Positions 1 to 10,524 of a stretch of 41,532 bases of DNA are shown here, piece by piece. Source of the stretch: Deltaproteobacteria bacterium (GTDB lineage Bacteria > Desulfobacterota > Desulfobacteria > Desulfobacterales > SURF-15); NCBI GenBank assembly GCA_013349495.1, contig DUZK01000003.1:1-41532 (forward strand), given 5' to 3'. The notes beneath the pieces were generated by a model that did not search any database, had not been told where the DNA came from, and saw only the letters and a list, made by a program, of their open reading frames with translations. Position numbers and translations under genes: made by a program. Position 1 is the stretch's first letter, and each line of letters starts with the position of its first letter.

Positions 1-16
1 AAGCTGAGGTGAAAGG

Positions 17-1207
17 ATGAAACCGATAGAAATTTTTGAGAATATTTATGATGTTGGCGTCAATGATTGGAATATTAGAGATTTTCACGGTTATTCCACC
101 TGGTTGGGCTCGAGCTACAATGCATTTTTGATTCTCGATGAAAAAATCACCCTCATCGATACGGTCAAGAGTGAATTTGCGGATGCCATGCTCCGAAATA
201 TTGCCGACATTGTTGATCCCGGAAAAATAGATATTGTCATCAGCAACCATACCGAAATGGATCATTCCGGCAGCCTGCCTAGGATCATGCATCGTGTGGG
301 AGAAGATAAGCCGGTTTACTGCTCCAAAATGGGCTTGAAGAATCTTGCCGCCCATTTCGGTTCCAACTTGAACTACCAGGCCGTTGAAAACGGGAGCAAC
401 CTGTCCATCGGCAAGAATACCCTCACCTTTCTTGAAACCCGGATGCTACATTGGCCGGACAGTATGTTTACCTATCTCAATGAGTCCAAGATATTGTTTT
501 CAAGTGACGCGTTTGGTCAACATTATGCCGGGTTTGAAAAATTCGATGATGCCATGAGCGATGACATCATGCCCCATGCAAAAAAATATTATGCCAATAT
601 CCTTCTGCTTTATTCCCCGCTTATCCTCAAACTGGTACAAAAAGTCACGGAACTGGGAATAGAAATCGACATGATCTGCCCGGACCACGGTATCATCTGG
701 AGAAAAGATCCGGGAAAAATTATCGATGCCTATGTCCGATGGAGCGAGCAGAAGCCGAAGAAAAAGGCTGTCGTCATTTACGACACCATGTGGCACAGCA
801 CGGAAAAGATGGCAGATGCCGTTGCCTCAGGAATCGCTTCGGAAGGGGTATCCGTACGGCCCATGCACTTGAGAAAATGGCACCGCAGCGATGTGATGAC
901 CGAAGTGCTGGATGCCCGCGGAATTATTATCGGCTCTCCCACGCTCAACAACGGTCTGTTCCCGACGGTTGCCGATTTCCTGACCTATATGAAAGGACTG
1001 AAACCCCTGAACAGGATCGGTGCGGCATTCGGATCCTACGGTTGGAGCGGTGAAGCGGTGGAACTGATCAAACAACAGATGGCAGAAATGAAATTCGACG
1101 TCATGGAACCGAACCAGAGGATCCAGTATGTACCGGATCAAACCGGATTGGAATCGTGTTACGCGTTCGGCAAAGAGCTGGGAAAAACCATCAGCGAGGG
1201 TTTATAA
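17..1207 (+). CDS. fprA: Flavodiiron protein (FprA / rubredoxin:oxygen oxidoreductase-like)
   Basis: MBL-fold di-iron motifs HTEMDH, HWPDSM, SSDAFG and PDHG, followed by a flavodoxin domain (YDTMWHST, GSPT, FGSYGW); GAGG/AAAGG upstream of ATG. Confidence 0.93.
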   Translation: MKPIEIFENIYDVGVNDWNIRDFHGYSTWLGSSYNAFLILDEKITLIDTVKSEFADAMLRNIADIVDPGKIDIVISNHTEMDHSGSLPRIMHRVGEDKPVYCSKMGLKNLAAHFGSNLNYQAVENGSNLSIGKNTLTFLETRMLHWPDSMFTYLNESKILFSSDAFGQHYAGFEKFDDAMSDDIMPHAKKYYANILLLYSPLILKLVQKVTELGIEIDMICPDHGIIWRKDPGKIIDAYVRWSEQKPKKKAVVIYDTMWHSTEKMADAVASGIASEGVSVRPMHLRKWHRSDVMTEVLDARGIIIGSPTLNNGLFPTVADFLTYMKGLKPLNRIGAAFGSYGWSGEAVELIKQQMAEMKFDVMEPNQRIQYVPDQTGLESCYAFGKELGKTISEGL

Positions 1208-1221
1208 GTCCGTCTATATCC

Positions 1222-1413
1222 ATGAAAATACCGGTTGTCGATCTCAGCGAATGCATTCTCTGCGGCATCTGTATTGAAGTATCCCCTGCGGTGTTCAAGA
1301 TGAATGATGCCGGATTTATTGAAGTCCTTCAATCGGATGACTACCCGGAGGATGAAGTGGACGAGGCCATAAAGAACTGTCCCACAAATTGTATCTACTG
1401 GGAAGAATCATAG
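1222..1413 (+). CDS. Small single-cluster [4Fe-4S] ferredoxin
   Basis: CILCGIC ... NCP motif in 63 aa; ATG at 1222 preferred over the overlapping ORF-track start. Confidence 0.88.
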   Translation: MKIPVVDLSECILCGICIEVSPAVFKMNDAGFIEVLQSDDYPEDEVDEAIKNCPTNCIYWEES

Positions 1414-1477
1414 AAAATATGAAGTAGTGGAATACTGGAATGATGGATAATTCATCGGATGTGACCGTTGAGGCCTT

Positions 1478-2155
1478 ATGTCCAGCAGAGCCCTGAAAAT
1501 CCGGCTCCGAAACCTACTCTCTCAACCAAATCAAACCGAGGCTCACCACCGTGTCCTTGAAATGCCGCTACAGCAGGTGGTGAGTCCGCTCTTTTCTTTC
1601 TTATATGCCGGTGATGACATCATCAAATGGCATGCCGTTAGCCTATTGGGACTGGTAGTAGCCGAAATCGCAAATACAAACCTGGAAGCCGCCCGTGTTG
1701 TCATGCGGCGTCTCATGTGGAATCTGAACGACGAATCCGGTGGGATTGGCTGGGGCTCGCCGGAAGCCATGGGAGAAATCATGGCGCAGCACCGGCAACT
1801 GGCCCGGGAATACGGCAGCATTTTAGTTTCATACATTCGAGAGGACGGCAATTATATCGAACACGAAATCCTGCAAAGAGGGGTATTGTGGGGTCTGGGG
1901 CGGCTGGCCCGTAACCGCCTGGAATCAATTCCCGATATCGCTCCGTTACTGATTCCTTTTCTTACATCTCAAGACCCGTTCCTCCGGGGGCTGGCAATAT
2001 GGATCGCCGGAGCCCTCCCCTCCCCGCTCATGGCGCCTTACCTCAAAAAACTTTTAAATGATGATACCATTATAAAAATCTATCTTGACGGGCAACTCAC
2101 AGAGCATTCAATCAGTGGCCTGGCAAGAGACGCACTATCCATCTTGCCGGATTGA
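1478..2155 (+). CDS. HEAT-repeat protein, DVU0298-like family
   Basis: Motif RRLMWNLNDESGGIGWGSPEAMGEI; helical repeats. Confidence 0.8.
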   Translation: MSSRALKIRLRNLLSQPNQTEAHHRVLEMPLQQVVSPLFSFLYAGDDIIKWHAVSLLGLVVAEIANTNLEAARVVMRRLMWNLNDESGGIGWGSPEAMGEIMAQHRQLAREYGSILVSYIREDGNYIEHEILQRGVLWGLGRLARNRLESIPDIAPLLIPFLTSQDPFLRGLAIWIAGALPSPLMAPYLKKLLNDDTIIKIYLDGQLTEHSISGLARDALSILPD

Positions 2156-2245
2156 CACTCATATTTTTTACTGCCATAGTTTACTGGTGCAAAATGTCTG
2201 TCATCGCTAAGCGCTAAACATACTAAATTAGTATAGCAAATCGCC

Positions 2246-5200
2246 ATGACCGAACCCACTTTACCGAAATCGGATTGGCTGTCGAAACTGCTCACCACAG
2301 CCCTTAAAGGGCCGCTCCCTCTGCTATTGTTATTGGGTGCCCTCCTGGTCGGGGCTGTGTCGCTGGTAATCACACCACGGGAAGAAGAGCCGCAAATCAT
2401 CGTCCCCCTGGCGGATGTGCTGGTATCCGCACCCGGACTCGGTGCAAAACAGGTGGAACGCCAGATCGCCACGCCCTTGGAAAAGCTGCTCTATCAAATT
2501 GATGGCGTTGAGTATGTCTACTCCATGTCCAGAGCCGAGCAATGTGTTGTAACCGTCCGTTTTTTTGTGGGAGAAAATCGTGAAGACTCGTTAATTAAGA
2601 TCTACAACAAAATATTCTCCAATACCGACCGCATTCCAAAAGCCGTTGAATCCTGGGTCGTTAAACCCATTGAAATTGATGATGTTCCGATTATCGTCGC
2701 AGTGCTGTGGAGTGAAAACCCGACGTTAACCGGTGACCACGAATTAAGGAGGCTTGCAGAAGAAATAGAACACGATCTGCAGTCCATCAAAAACACCAAT
2801 CGGCTTGAGGTCACCGGTGGTCGTCCCAGAGAGATACGGGTTGAACTGGATCCGAAGGCATTGGCCGCGCGGCAAACGGCGCCTTTGGAGGTGGCGTGGG
2901 CCATCGATGTATCCAACAAATTGCTGCCGGCCGGTAATATTCAAATTTTAGACCAGGAATTTGTGGTTGAGGCCGGAGACTTCATCAAAAACGCAGAAGA
3001 TTTAAGAAAACTGGTCATCAATGTCGTGGACGGCGTGCCTGTTTACCTGAGAGATATTGCGAAGGTAATCGATGGGCCAGCCGAGCCGGACAGTTACACC
3101 TGGATCGGCTTCGGCCCGGCATCCGACCGATTGCAGAAATACCCGGATGACTATCCGGCAGTTGCGATATCTGTGGCTAAGCAGAAAGGAGCCAATGCCG
3201 TATGGGTAGCACGCGAAGTGGAGGACTATTTTGAAAAGCTCAAAAAAGAGATTTTTCCTCCCGAAGTCAATTTTCGGATTATTCGAAACTATGGGCAGAC
3301 CGCAGATGACAAAATCAACAACCTCGTTTCGAGCCTCTTCGTTGCGGTGCTCACGGTAGTCAGCTTTATCGGGCTCTTCTTGGGTTGGCGCGCTGCATTG
3401 GTGGTCGGATTGGCGGTTCCGATTTGCTACGGGATCACGCTGGGTCTTGACCTTTTTGCCGGTTACACCATCAACCGCGTAACGTTGTTTGCCCTCATCC
3501 TTGCTCTCGGCTTGCTGGTGGATGACCCCATAACAGGGGTCGACAACATCGAGCGCTTTATGCGGACCGGCCAACATACGCGTCGCCAGGGCGTGATCCT
3601 GGCCATGTCCGAAATCCGGGGCGCATTGATCATGTCCACCATCGCCATCATTTTCGCCTTTGCTCCCCTTTATTACATCACCGGGATGATGGGTCCGTAT
3701 ATGGCCCCCATGGCGTTTAATGTACCGGTGAGTGTGGTGGTCAGCACGGTGGTCGCATTCCTAATTACCCCCTGGCTGTCATATAAACTGATCAAACCGG
3801 CCAGGCAAAAATCCGAATATGACATCACCAAAACCCGACTGTACCGATTCTACGAATCTTTGCTGAAACCGTTGATTCGCACCCACGGGCGTTCATGGGT
3901 GTTTCTTGCGGTCATCGCATTACTCTTATTGATCTCAATGGTACTCCCCGTACTGCGGCTTGTCCCCCTTAAACTGCTCCCATACGATAACAAGGATGAG
4001 TTTCAAATCATCGTGAACATGCCGGAAGGCACCACCCTTGAACGCACCCAGGGGACGGTAGCGGCGTTCGGTCAATATTTACGTAACGTTCCGGAAGTAA
4101 ATGAATACACCGCATTTGTGGGTGTGCCGTCGCCAATGGATTTCAATGGGATGGTACGGCATTACTATCAGCGCCAGGGGGCTCACTATGCAGATATCCG
4201 GGTAACACTGGCCCAACGACAACGCAGGGCGCAACAATCCCATTCGATTTTGTTGCGCATCCGGAAGGATCTGGAACGGATCGCACATTCAAATGACGCA
4301 CGCATCATGCTGGTTGAAGTACCGCCCGGGCCGCCGGTGATTTCGACCATAACCGTTGAGCTGTACGGCAAAAAGGCGACGCCGTATGCGGCTCTTCAAA
4401 ATGCCGCAGAAATATTGGAAAACCGCCTGAAGCAGGAGCCCTTTGTAGTGGATGTGGACACATCTGTGGGTGACGATCAACAAAAAATGATATTCGTGCC
4501 GGATAAAGAGAAAGCCGCATTATCCGGGATCGGAACCGAAGACATCGCTCAAACCATCCGCCTCGCCAACAACGGCATGGTAACGGGATTCATGCAGATC
4601 CCGAGAGAAGTGAACCCCTTGCCCGTGGTGTTGCGACTCCCCATAGATATCAGAAGCTCACCCGGCGCACTTTCGGATTTGCACGTTAAAGGAAGGCCGG
4701 GAATTACCAAGATTCGGGAAAAAGCCGGTATACGCGATGCTCCACAACCCATCGTCTCCATGGCTGAAATCGGCGGTTTTCAAAACCGATTGCAGGACAA
4801 GGTCATTCACCACAAAAACCTTAAGCCCGTTGTATATGTTTTTGCAGATGTGGCGGGTCGGACACCGGCTGAGATCGTGTTAGACGTGGCCGGTGATCTA
4901 AATGCAAAACCGGACGAAATTCAACCGGTTCCGGTTGAAAGTCGAACGCATTTTAAACCGGGCGGCGGGATTTCATGGTCTTTGCCCGATGGTGTTCGAG
5001 CCGTATGGAACGGCGAGGGGGAGTGGAAGATCACGTTAAGCGTGTTTCGCGATCTCGGCATCGCATTCGGAGTCGCACTGTTGGGGATCTTCATTGTTCT
5101 TCGTATACAGACCGGGTTGTCCGCCATTACGGGAATCATTATGTTGGCTATTCCACTCTCTGTTCTCGGTATTATGCCGGGATTCTGGTTGTTGAATCAG

Positions 5201-5599
5201 ATGGGTGAACGCGTGGTAAACGGATATCCGAATCCGATTTTATTCACTGCAACAGCCATGATCGGTATGATTGCATTGGCGGGAATAGTGGTTCGCAATT
5301 CGCTGATCCTAGTAGAATTCATCCACATGGCGCTACGCCAGGGTATCGGCTTGCAAGAAGCGCTGATTCGAGCGGGTGCGGTGCGCATGCGGCCGATCTT
5401 CCTAACCGCAGGAACGACATTGCTCGGCAACCTGGTAATCACCCTGGATCCGATTTTCAGCGGGCTGGCTTGGGCAATCATATTCGGTATCGCAGCATCC
5501 ACGCTGTTTACCCTAATGGTCATTCCCATACTCTATCACCTGGTATACGGAAATAAACCCGGCCATGGACTGCCGCCGAAAGAGGAAATGGAATCGTGA
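2246..5599 (+). CDS. RND efflux permease subunit (AcrB/AcrD/AcrF superfamily)
   Basis: 1117 aa; PREEEPQI, GLLVDD and RMRPIFLT motifs; two TM bundles with large periplasmic loops. Confidence 0.93.
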   Translation: MTEPTLPKSDWLSKLLTTALKGPLPLLLLLGALLVGAVSLVITPREEEPQIIVPLADVLVSAPGLGAKQVERQIATPLEKLLYQIDGVEYVYSMSRAEQCVVTVRFFVGENREDSLIKIYNKIFSNTDRIPKAVESWVVKPIEIDDVPIIVAVLWSENPTLTGDHELRRLAEEIEHDLQSIKNTNRLEVTGGRPREIRVELDPKALAARQTAPLEVAWAIDVSNKLLPAGNIQILDQEFVVEAGDFIKNAEDLRKLVINVVDGVPVYLRDIAKVIDGPAEPDSYTWIGFGPASDRLQKYPDDYPAVAISVAKQKGANAVWVAREVEDYFEKLKKEIFPPEVNFRIIRNYGQTADDKINNLVSSLFVAVLTVVSFIGLFLGWRAALVVGLAVPICYGITLGLDLFAGYTINRVTLFALILALGLLVDDPITGVDNIERFMRTGQHTRRQGVILAMSEIRGALIMSTIAIIFAFAPLYYITGMMGPYMAPMAFNVPVSVVVSTVVAFLITPWLSYKLIKPARQKSEYDITKTRLYRFYESLLKPLIRTHGRSWVFLAVIALLLLISMVLPVLRLVPLKLLPYDNKDEFQIIVNMPEGTTLERTQGTVAAFGQYLRNVPEVNEYTAFVGVPSPMDFNGMVRHYYQRQGAHYADIRVTLAQRQRRAQQSHSILLRIRKDLERIAHSNDARIMLVEVPPGPPVISTITVELYGKKATPYAALQNAAEILENRLKQEPFVVDVDTSVGDDQQKMIFVPDKEKAALSGIGTEDIAQTIRLANNGMVTGFMQIPREVNPLPVVLRLPIDIRSSPGALSDLHVKGRPGITKIREKAGIRDAPQPIVSMAEIGGFQNRLQDKVIHHKNLKPVVYVFADVAGRTPAEIVLDVAGDLNAKPDEIQPVPVESRTHFKPGGGISWSLPDGVRAVWNGEGEWKITLSVFRDLGIAFGVALLGIFIVLRIQTGLSAITGIIMLAIPLSVLGIMPGFWLLNQMGERVVNGYPNPILFTATAMIGMIALAGIVVRNSLILVEFIHMALRQGIGLQEALIRAGAVRMRPIFLTAGTTLLGNLVITLDPIFSGLAWAIIFGIAASTLFTLMVIPILYHLVYGNKPGHGLPPKEEMES

Positions 5600-6660
5600 A
5601 AACATTAATAAAATTAACGGGATCCGTTGTTGTACTGGCAATGCTGGGTGTGGTGATGGCGTACCTGGCAGGTTTTTTTGAAACCAAGATTCCGGTTGAC
5701 TTTCGCGGTGTTGTTCCTTCCACAGTCGATGGTCAAATCATCAAGGTGGAAGTCACAACCGAACCGCTCATAGAAAAAGCCGCCGGAACCGTTCGGGCCA
5801 AAGTGGAGACGGTGATTTCACCTTTGGTAACCGCCAGGATATCGTCCATATCGGTCCGATCCGGAGACCAGGTAAAAAAGGGAGCGGTTCTGGTTCAACT
5901 CGATTCCCGCGAGCTGAAAGCCCGTGTGGATCAAGCGCATCAGGAAATGATTGCCGCCAAAGCCAGATATGACCAGGCAGAAAAGGAATATAAGCGGTTT
6001 CAGAATATTTATAAAGCAGGCGGCGGCGCGGTTTCAAAATCAAAACTGGATCAGGTCGAATCGGTGTATACAGCTGCCCGCGCAGAACTCACACGAGCGC
6101 GTCGCCAGGAAGATGAAGCGGAAACCGCACTCAGCCACAGCACGCTGAAAGCTCCTATATCAGGACGGGTGGTGGAGCGCTATGCCGAACCCGGGGATAC
6201 GGCCGGACAGGGTGTGCCGCTGCTCCGGTTGTATGACCCCGACAGTCTGCGTCTTGAAGCGAGTGTCAGAGAATCGGTGGCATCCAAACTCTCAAAGGCA
6301 CAACGCCTGACCACCGAAATCGATGCCATTGACAAACGGTTCACATCCGTCTTGGATGAAATCGTACCGTCAGCGGACCCCGGCTCCCGCTCGTTTCTTG
6401 TAAAGGTCGACCTGAAAGATAAATCAGGGTTATTTCCGGGGATGTTCGGCAGGCTGTTGATTCCAATAGGCCAAACAAAAAAAATCTATGTCCCGATTGA
6501 AGCCGTCACCCGTGTGGGCCAGCTGGATTTTGTAATCGTGAAATCGGAAAAAGGCCCCACCCGCCGTTATGTTCGCTTGGGTACTGCAGAGGACGATCGC
6601 GTCCAGGTCGTCAGCGGCTTGTCCCAAGGTGAAGAGATTTTAGTCCGCCGCCATAAGTAA
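5596..6660 (+). CDS. RND periplasmic adaptor (membrane fusion protein)
   Basis: N-terminal TM, lipoyl halves (GDQVKKG, APISGRV), coiled coil, GLSQGE; GTGA overlap with permease stop. Confidence 0.92.
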   Translation: MKTLIKLTGSVVVLAMLGVVMAYLAGFFETKIPVDFRGVVPSTVDGQIIKVEVTTEPLIEKAAGTVRAKVETVISPLVTARISSISVRSGDQVKKGAVLVQLDSRELKARVDQAHQEMIAAKARYDQAEKEYKRFQNIYKAGGGAVSKSKLDQVESVYTAARAELTRARRQEDEAETALSHSTLKAPISGRVVERYAEPGDTAGQGVPLLRLYDPDSLRLEASVRESVASKLSKAQRLTTEIDAIDKRFTSVLDEIVPSADPGSRSFLVKVDLKDKSGLFPGMFGRLLIPIGQTKKIYVPIEAVTRVGQLDFVIVKSEKGPTRRYVRLGTAEDDRVQVVSGLSQGEEILVRRHK

Positions 6661-6756
6661 TGGAAGATATAGTTGAAATTCCTTTCTGATCCAAACAGCT
6701 TTAAGTAATCGAGAGATCGTTGAGTTTATACCCCGAAACCCGATAAAGATCGAAGC

Positions 6757-7158
6757 TTACTTGGCCGCTACCACCGGACACTTGGCTTCAAGAATAACAT
6801 ACTGCGCGGTGGATCCGAAAAGCAATTTTCCCACTTTGGATCTTTTTTTAACACCGATAACGATTTCGTCAATCGCGTTTTCATTTGCAAATTGAACCAA
6901 ACTTTCCCCGGGTTGAAGATCATTAACCAAAACGCGAACTTCACAGGGGATATCCGCTTTCTCAAAATGGTTCTTGATTTCATTGAGTTGACGATCTGAC
7001 TCCTCCATTCGATCCATGTCGTCAAGTTTTACGTCATGGGATTGAGTCACTGCTGTAACCACGAAAATTTGGGCATTAAATGCTTTGGCATGATCTTCAG
7101 CAAGCTTCAATACCCCCCTGGCAATATCTGTTCCATCGAACCCCACCATTATTTTCAT
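6757..7158 (-). CDS. Universal stress protein
   Basis: MKIMVGFDG start, IVIGVKKRS, FGSTAQYVIL, CPVV; start could be 7170. Confidence 0.92.
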   Translation of the reverse strand: MKIMVGFDGTDIARGVLKLAEDHAKAFNAQIFVVTAVTQSHDVKLDDMDRMEESDRQLNEIKNHFEKADIPCEVRVLVNDLQPGESLVQFANENAIDEIVIGVKKRSKVGKLLFGSTAQYVILEAKCPVVAAK

Positions 7159-7247
7159 AGCAACCCCCATAATTAAACGTCTCGAGAATTCTACAACTTG
7201 TTGAAAACAAATTAGTTTTTTGAGGCCTCGAGTTTTGCCTCATCTAT

Positions 7248-7422
7248 GGAATAATGGAATGGTGGAATATTGGAACGTTGAATTATTGCGAAGTTTATCA
7301 TTTTTAATTCTTCCATCAACTGAAATGAATACCAACAAGCCATTATCCCATCTTCGCAGAACCCATTATTCCATTGTTCCAGTATTCCATTATTCCAATT
7401 GTGAGCGAAGCGAATTAAATTC
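7248..7422. repeat. MITE-like element with inverted arms made of 8-nt GGAATRnT tandem units
   Basis: ggaataat-ggaatggt-ggaatatt-ggaa near 7249-7276 and complementary cccattattccattgttccagtattccattattcc near 7362-7396; a half copy occurs at about 1421-1447. Confidence 0.7.
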
Positions 7423-7635
7423 AATCATTAGTGAATTCGATTGAATGTGTCAAGAAAAGGAAGCGGTATATGTCAGAAAATCGATGGCAAAGAATAAAGC
7501 GCCAGGTTCAAGGTTCACGAATCGTGTGTCGCGAGACGACTTGCAGTTATTCATCCTGTCAAATAATCTTCGAATTCAACTATGCAGGTATGAAGCGCAG
7601 CGAAGACCGCCTCGGTGATTCTCATGCGATCAACC

Positions 7636-7701
7636 TTGACAAAAGCTATTATTAGATTATATTGAATTTTATGATTTTTCAGATAATTCTGAATATTCTG
7701 A
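7636..7701 (+). promoter_or_regulatory. Sigma70-like promoter with 9-nt periodic operator array
   Basis: TTGACA 7636-7641, TATATT 7658-7663; six phased 9-mers ending in GA from 7648 to 7701. Confidence 0.6.
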
Positions 7702-7715
7702 TTTAGGAGGACATT

Positions 7716-7997
7716 GTGACAAACTCAAAAACCAAAGACGATCGGAATTCCAAATCCCCTCTGTGCGACCCGGGAAGCTGTAAAGTAGAAGCTTTGGTGG
7801 CAATGGATGCTCGGGGGCAGGTCGTTCTGCCCAAGAATGTTCGTGAAAAGGCCGGATTCAATGGGGGTGATAAGCTGGCGGTCGTGTCCTGGGAGCGGAA
7901 TGGAAAAGTCTGCTGTATCACCCTTCAAAAAGCCGATGATCTTGAAACCATGGTAAAGAATTCCCTCGGTCCCATACTAAAACAAATTTTAAGTTAG
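7716..7997 (+). CDS. AbrB/MazE/SpoVT-fold protein, HgcAB-associated (HgcC-like), Cys-rich
   Basis: MDARGQVVLPKNVREKAGF..GDKL AbrB signature plus LCDPGSC and VCC; AGGAGG RBS with GTG start. Confidence 0.78.
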   Translation: MTNSKTKDDRNSKSPLCDPGSCKVEALVAMDARGQVVLPKNVREKAGFNGGDKLAVVSWERNGKVCCITLQKADDLETMVKNSLGPILKQILS

Positions 7998-8009
7998 AGG
8001 CGTATTGAA

Positions 8010-8831
8010 ATGGAAGATATTCGAGATGTGGTGAGAGATAAGTATGGCGAAATAGCGAAAACAAGGACCTCCTGTTGCGATCCCGGCAATTCTTGCTGCG
8101 GCAGTTCAAACCGGGCCGATCATGCCGGTAAAGGAATCGGGTATTCAGACCAGGAACTCGGATCCATTCCCACGGATGCGAATTTAGGACTGGGATGCGG
8201 CAATCCCACCGCCCTTGCAGCATTACGAGATGGGGAAGTGGTGGTTGATCTGGGTTCAGGCGGCGGAATCGATTGTTTTCTGGCCGCCAAACAGGTCGGC
8301 AAAAGCGGCAAAGTGATCGGAGTAGATATGACAGCAGATATGATCAGCCTGGCACGGAAAAACGCTGAAAAGGTCGATGCCGAAAATATTGAGTTTCGGC
8401 TGGGAGAGATCGAAAACCTTCCGGTAGCCGACAATACCGCAGATGTTGTCATTTCAAACTGCGTGATCAACCTCTCGCCTGATAAACAGCGGGTTTTCAG
8501 TGAAGCCTACCGGATTCTAAAATCAGGAGGTCGGATGATGGTTTCCGATATCGTTCTGCACAAAAAGATCCCGGATGAGCTTGAAAAAAGCGTTAACGCC
8601 TATGTGGGTTGTGTTGCGGGGGCCATGCTGAAAACCGATTATTTAAAAGCGATCGCCGATGCAGGGTTTGAAGAGATTAACATAATGGGAGAAGACTGTT
8701 TCGGGTCTTTTGGCGAAACTCTCGATCCCTATGTTCAATCTCTGGCAAAGGAATCGAATCTCAGCATCGAAGAGCTGAGGGAATTCGGAAAATCAGTGGT
8801 GTCCATCAAAATCGAAGGGATTAAGAAATAA
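8010..8831 (+). CDS. arsM: Arsenite S-adenosylmethyltransferase
   Basis: LGLGCGNP, DLGSGGG, SNCVINL, VGCVAGA motifs and N-terminal CC pairs. Confidence 0.92.
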   Translation: MEDIRDVVRDKYGEIAKTRTSCCDPGNSCCGSSNRADHAGKGIGYSDQELGSIPTDANLGLGCGNPTALAALRDGEVVVDLGSGGGIDCFLAAKQVGKSGKVIGVDMTADMISLARKNAEKVDAENIEFRLGEIENLPVADNTADVVISNCVINLSPDKQRVFSEAYRILKSGGRMMVSDIVLHKKIPDELEKSVNAYVGCVAGAMLKTDYLKAIADAGFEEINIMGEDCFGSFGETLDPYVQSLAKESNLSIEELREFGKSVVSIKIEGIKK

Positions 8832-8878
8832 CATATACAGACCATTTTGTCCGGAAGCGGCGGAAGGTTTACTGGTCC

Positions 8879-9055
8879 TCATTTGGGAATCTCATAGCTG
8901 CCATCGAGACGATCCAGCATCTCTTCATATCTTCGATCCAACGCATCCAATTCCTGCCTGTAATCCTGACGACTCAGCTCTCCCTTCTGCAATCGTCGAT
9001 CCAGCGCGCTCTTTTCCATATCATACCATTTTTCGGGATCAAAATTATAGGTCAT
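8879..9055 (-). CDS. Small acidic helical hypothetical protein (SHOCT-like GELSRQDY segment)
   Basis: Plausible 58 aa ORF downstream of and co-oriented with the next gene. Confidence 0.55.
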   Translation of the reverse strand: MTYNFDPEKWYDMEKSALDRRLQKGELSRQDYRQELDALDRRYEEMLDRLDGSYEIPK

Positions 9056-9095
9056 ATCGCTTGCCTGCAAATAATGGTTAAGGGAAGCTGATTCC

Positions 9096-9620
9096 TCAAT
9101 CGTTTAGGAAAAACCGCCACTTACAGAACATGTCATCAGGATGCGGGTCCGGGGGGGCAAACAGGCATTCCACTGAAATTCGTTCATCAATTTCCCTTGA
9201 AAATCCCTCAAATTCAAGCTTGTGCATATCCTTGCACACATACTCGCCCAACCCGCGTCTTATCCGTGCCTCCTGCGTCGGGCAGGACGGAACCGAAATT
9301 ATCAATTCATCCCGGCTTTCCGTAAAATCATACCCCACGAGAATGCACCACGGGAAATACCGCATGGCCTTGACCAATCCCTGGAGTCCCTTCTCTTTGA
9401 CTCCGAATTGGCTGACGATATCTTTTGCCGCCATGCCGGCGATCCGTCCCCACACCTGCTCGTTGAGTTTTTCGGCGGTCTGTTGATCGAACCGTTCGGT
9501 CACGTATATAAACCAGAACGCATCCACAACCCGGTACTGCCACAGAAGGAATTCAAGGTAATTGCGTAGCTCCGGTTCTTTCATGTCTTTAAAAATCGTC
9601 AAATCCATCGGTCGATCCAT
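9096..9620 (-). CDS. DUF6125-like protein (H-NOX/V4R-like fold with conserved Cys)
   Basis: [31 protein letters not shown] pattern. Confidence 0.7.
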   Translation of the reverse strand: MDRPMDLTIFKDMKEPELRNYLEFLLWQYRVVDAFWFIYVTERFDQQTAEKLNEQVWGRIAGMAAKDIVSQFGVKEKGLQGLVKAMRYFPWCILVGYDFTESRDELIISVPSCPTQEARIRRGLGEYVCKDMHKLEFEGFSREIDERISVECLFAPPDPHPDDMFCKWRFFLND

Positions 9621-9844
9621 ATTCAGCCCCTTTCCCGTTTCAATCGAATAACTCCCGGTGCACATTCCCAACCTTCAACTCAGAACCCTCAATTTCCATG
9701 GCACACCTCTTCATGCTGAAATTTTATCTTGAACCGATTTCCAATGTCAATGTCGGCACTTTCCGTCTCCTTTTTATCCTTGTTTTGTTACATAGGGACA
9801 AATCTTGACCAAAATTCAATTTTGGTAAGTTTTCTCACACTTTT

Positions 9845-10524
9845 CAGAAACGCGTGGTGGAATTCGGCGAATGGCTATGTAAGGCGGTCTTGAAATATGT
9901 CCCCCACCGTCAGTGGGTTTTCAGTATTCCAAAACGGCTTCGAATCTATTTTATGTTCGATCGCAGTCTTCTTACAAAACTGAGCCGGTGCGCATGGAAA
10001 GTACTGAACCTATATTTGACGCAAGCCGTACCCTATGACGATGCCAACGCTGGTGCTGCAGTCGCTGTGCAAAGCTTTGGCGATTTCCAAAATTTCCATC
10101 CCCATCTACATGTTCTCGCCACCGATGGTTGCTTTTACAACGACGGCGCTTTCATGATCTGTCCTCCCCTCAAAACCACAGAGCTTGAAGAAGTTTTCCG
10201 ACATGAAGTGTTCAAAATGCTTAAAGCTGAGGGTAAAATAAATGACACGGTGATCGAAAACATGCTCAATTGGCATCACAGCGGCTTTAACGTTTATTGC
10301 GGTAACGCCATTTGGCCTCACAATGAAGAGGGCCTTGAGAATTTGGCGCGCTATATCATCCGTGCGTCATTTTCTCAAGAACGGATGACATATATTACAA
10401 CCGATGATTCCCCCGATGGCACTGCAAAAGTGATATACGAATCGAAAGACGGCAAGACCTCAAAAACCTTCGATGCCCTCGATTGGTTGGCTCAGCTTAT
10501 CACCCATATCCCCAACAGGGGGGA
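9845..10524 (+). pseudogene. IS91-family HUH transposase, central fragment (copy 1, left part)
   Basis: QKRVVEFGEWL, HRQWVFSIPKRLR, HPHLH (HUH), HSGFNV, LARYIIR, HIPNRGE; N-terminal Zn module missing and similarity stops at about 10524. Confidence 0.88.

Noticed and set aside
7212-7444. 70-74 aa ORFs rich in W/N or I/P/H
   Set aside because: Translations of the GGAATRnT repeat element.
9641-9700. 19-codon minus-strand [22 protein letters not shown] with a GAGGTG RBS
   Set aside because: Too short and without a recognisable motif; cannot be supported.
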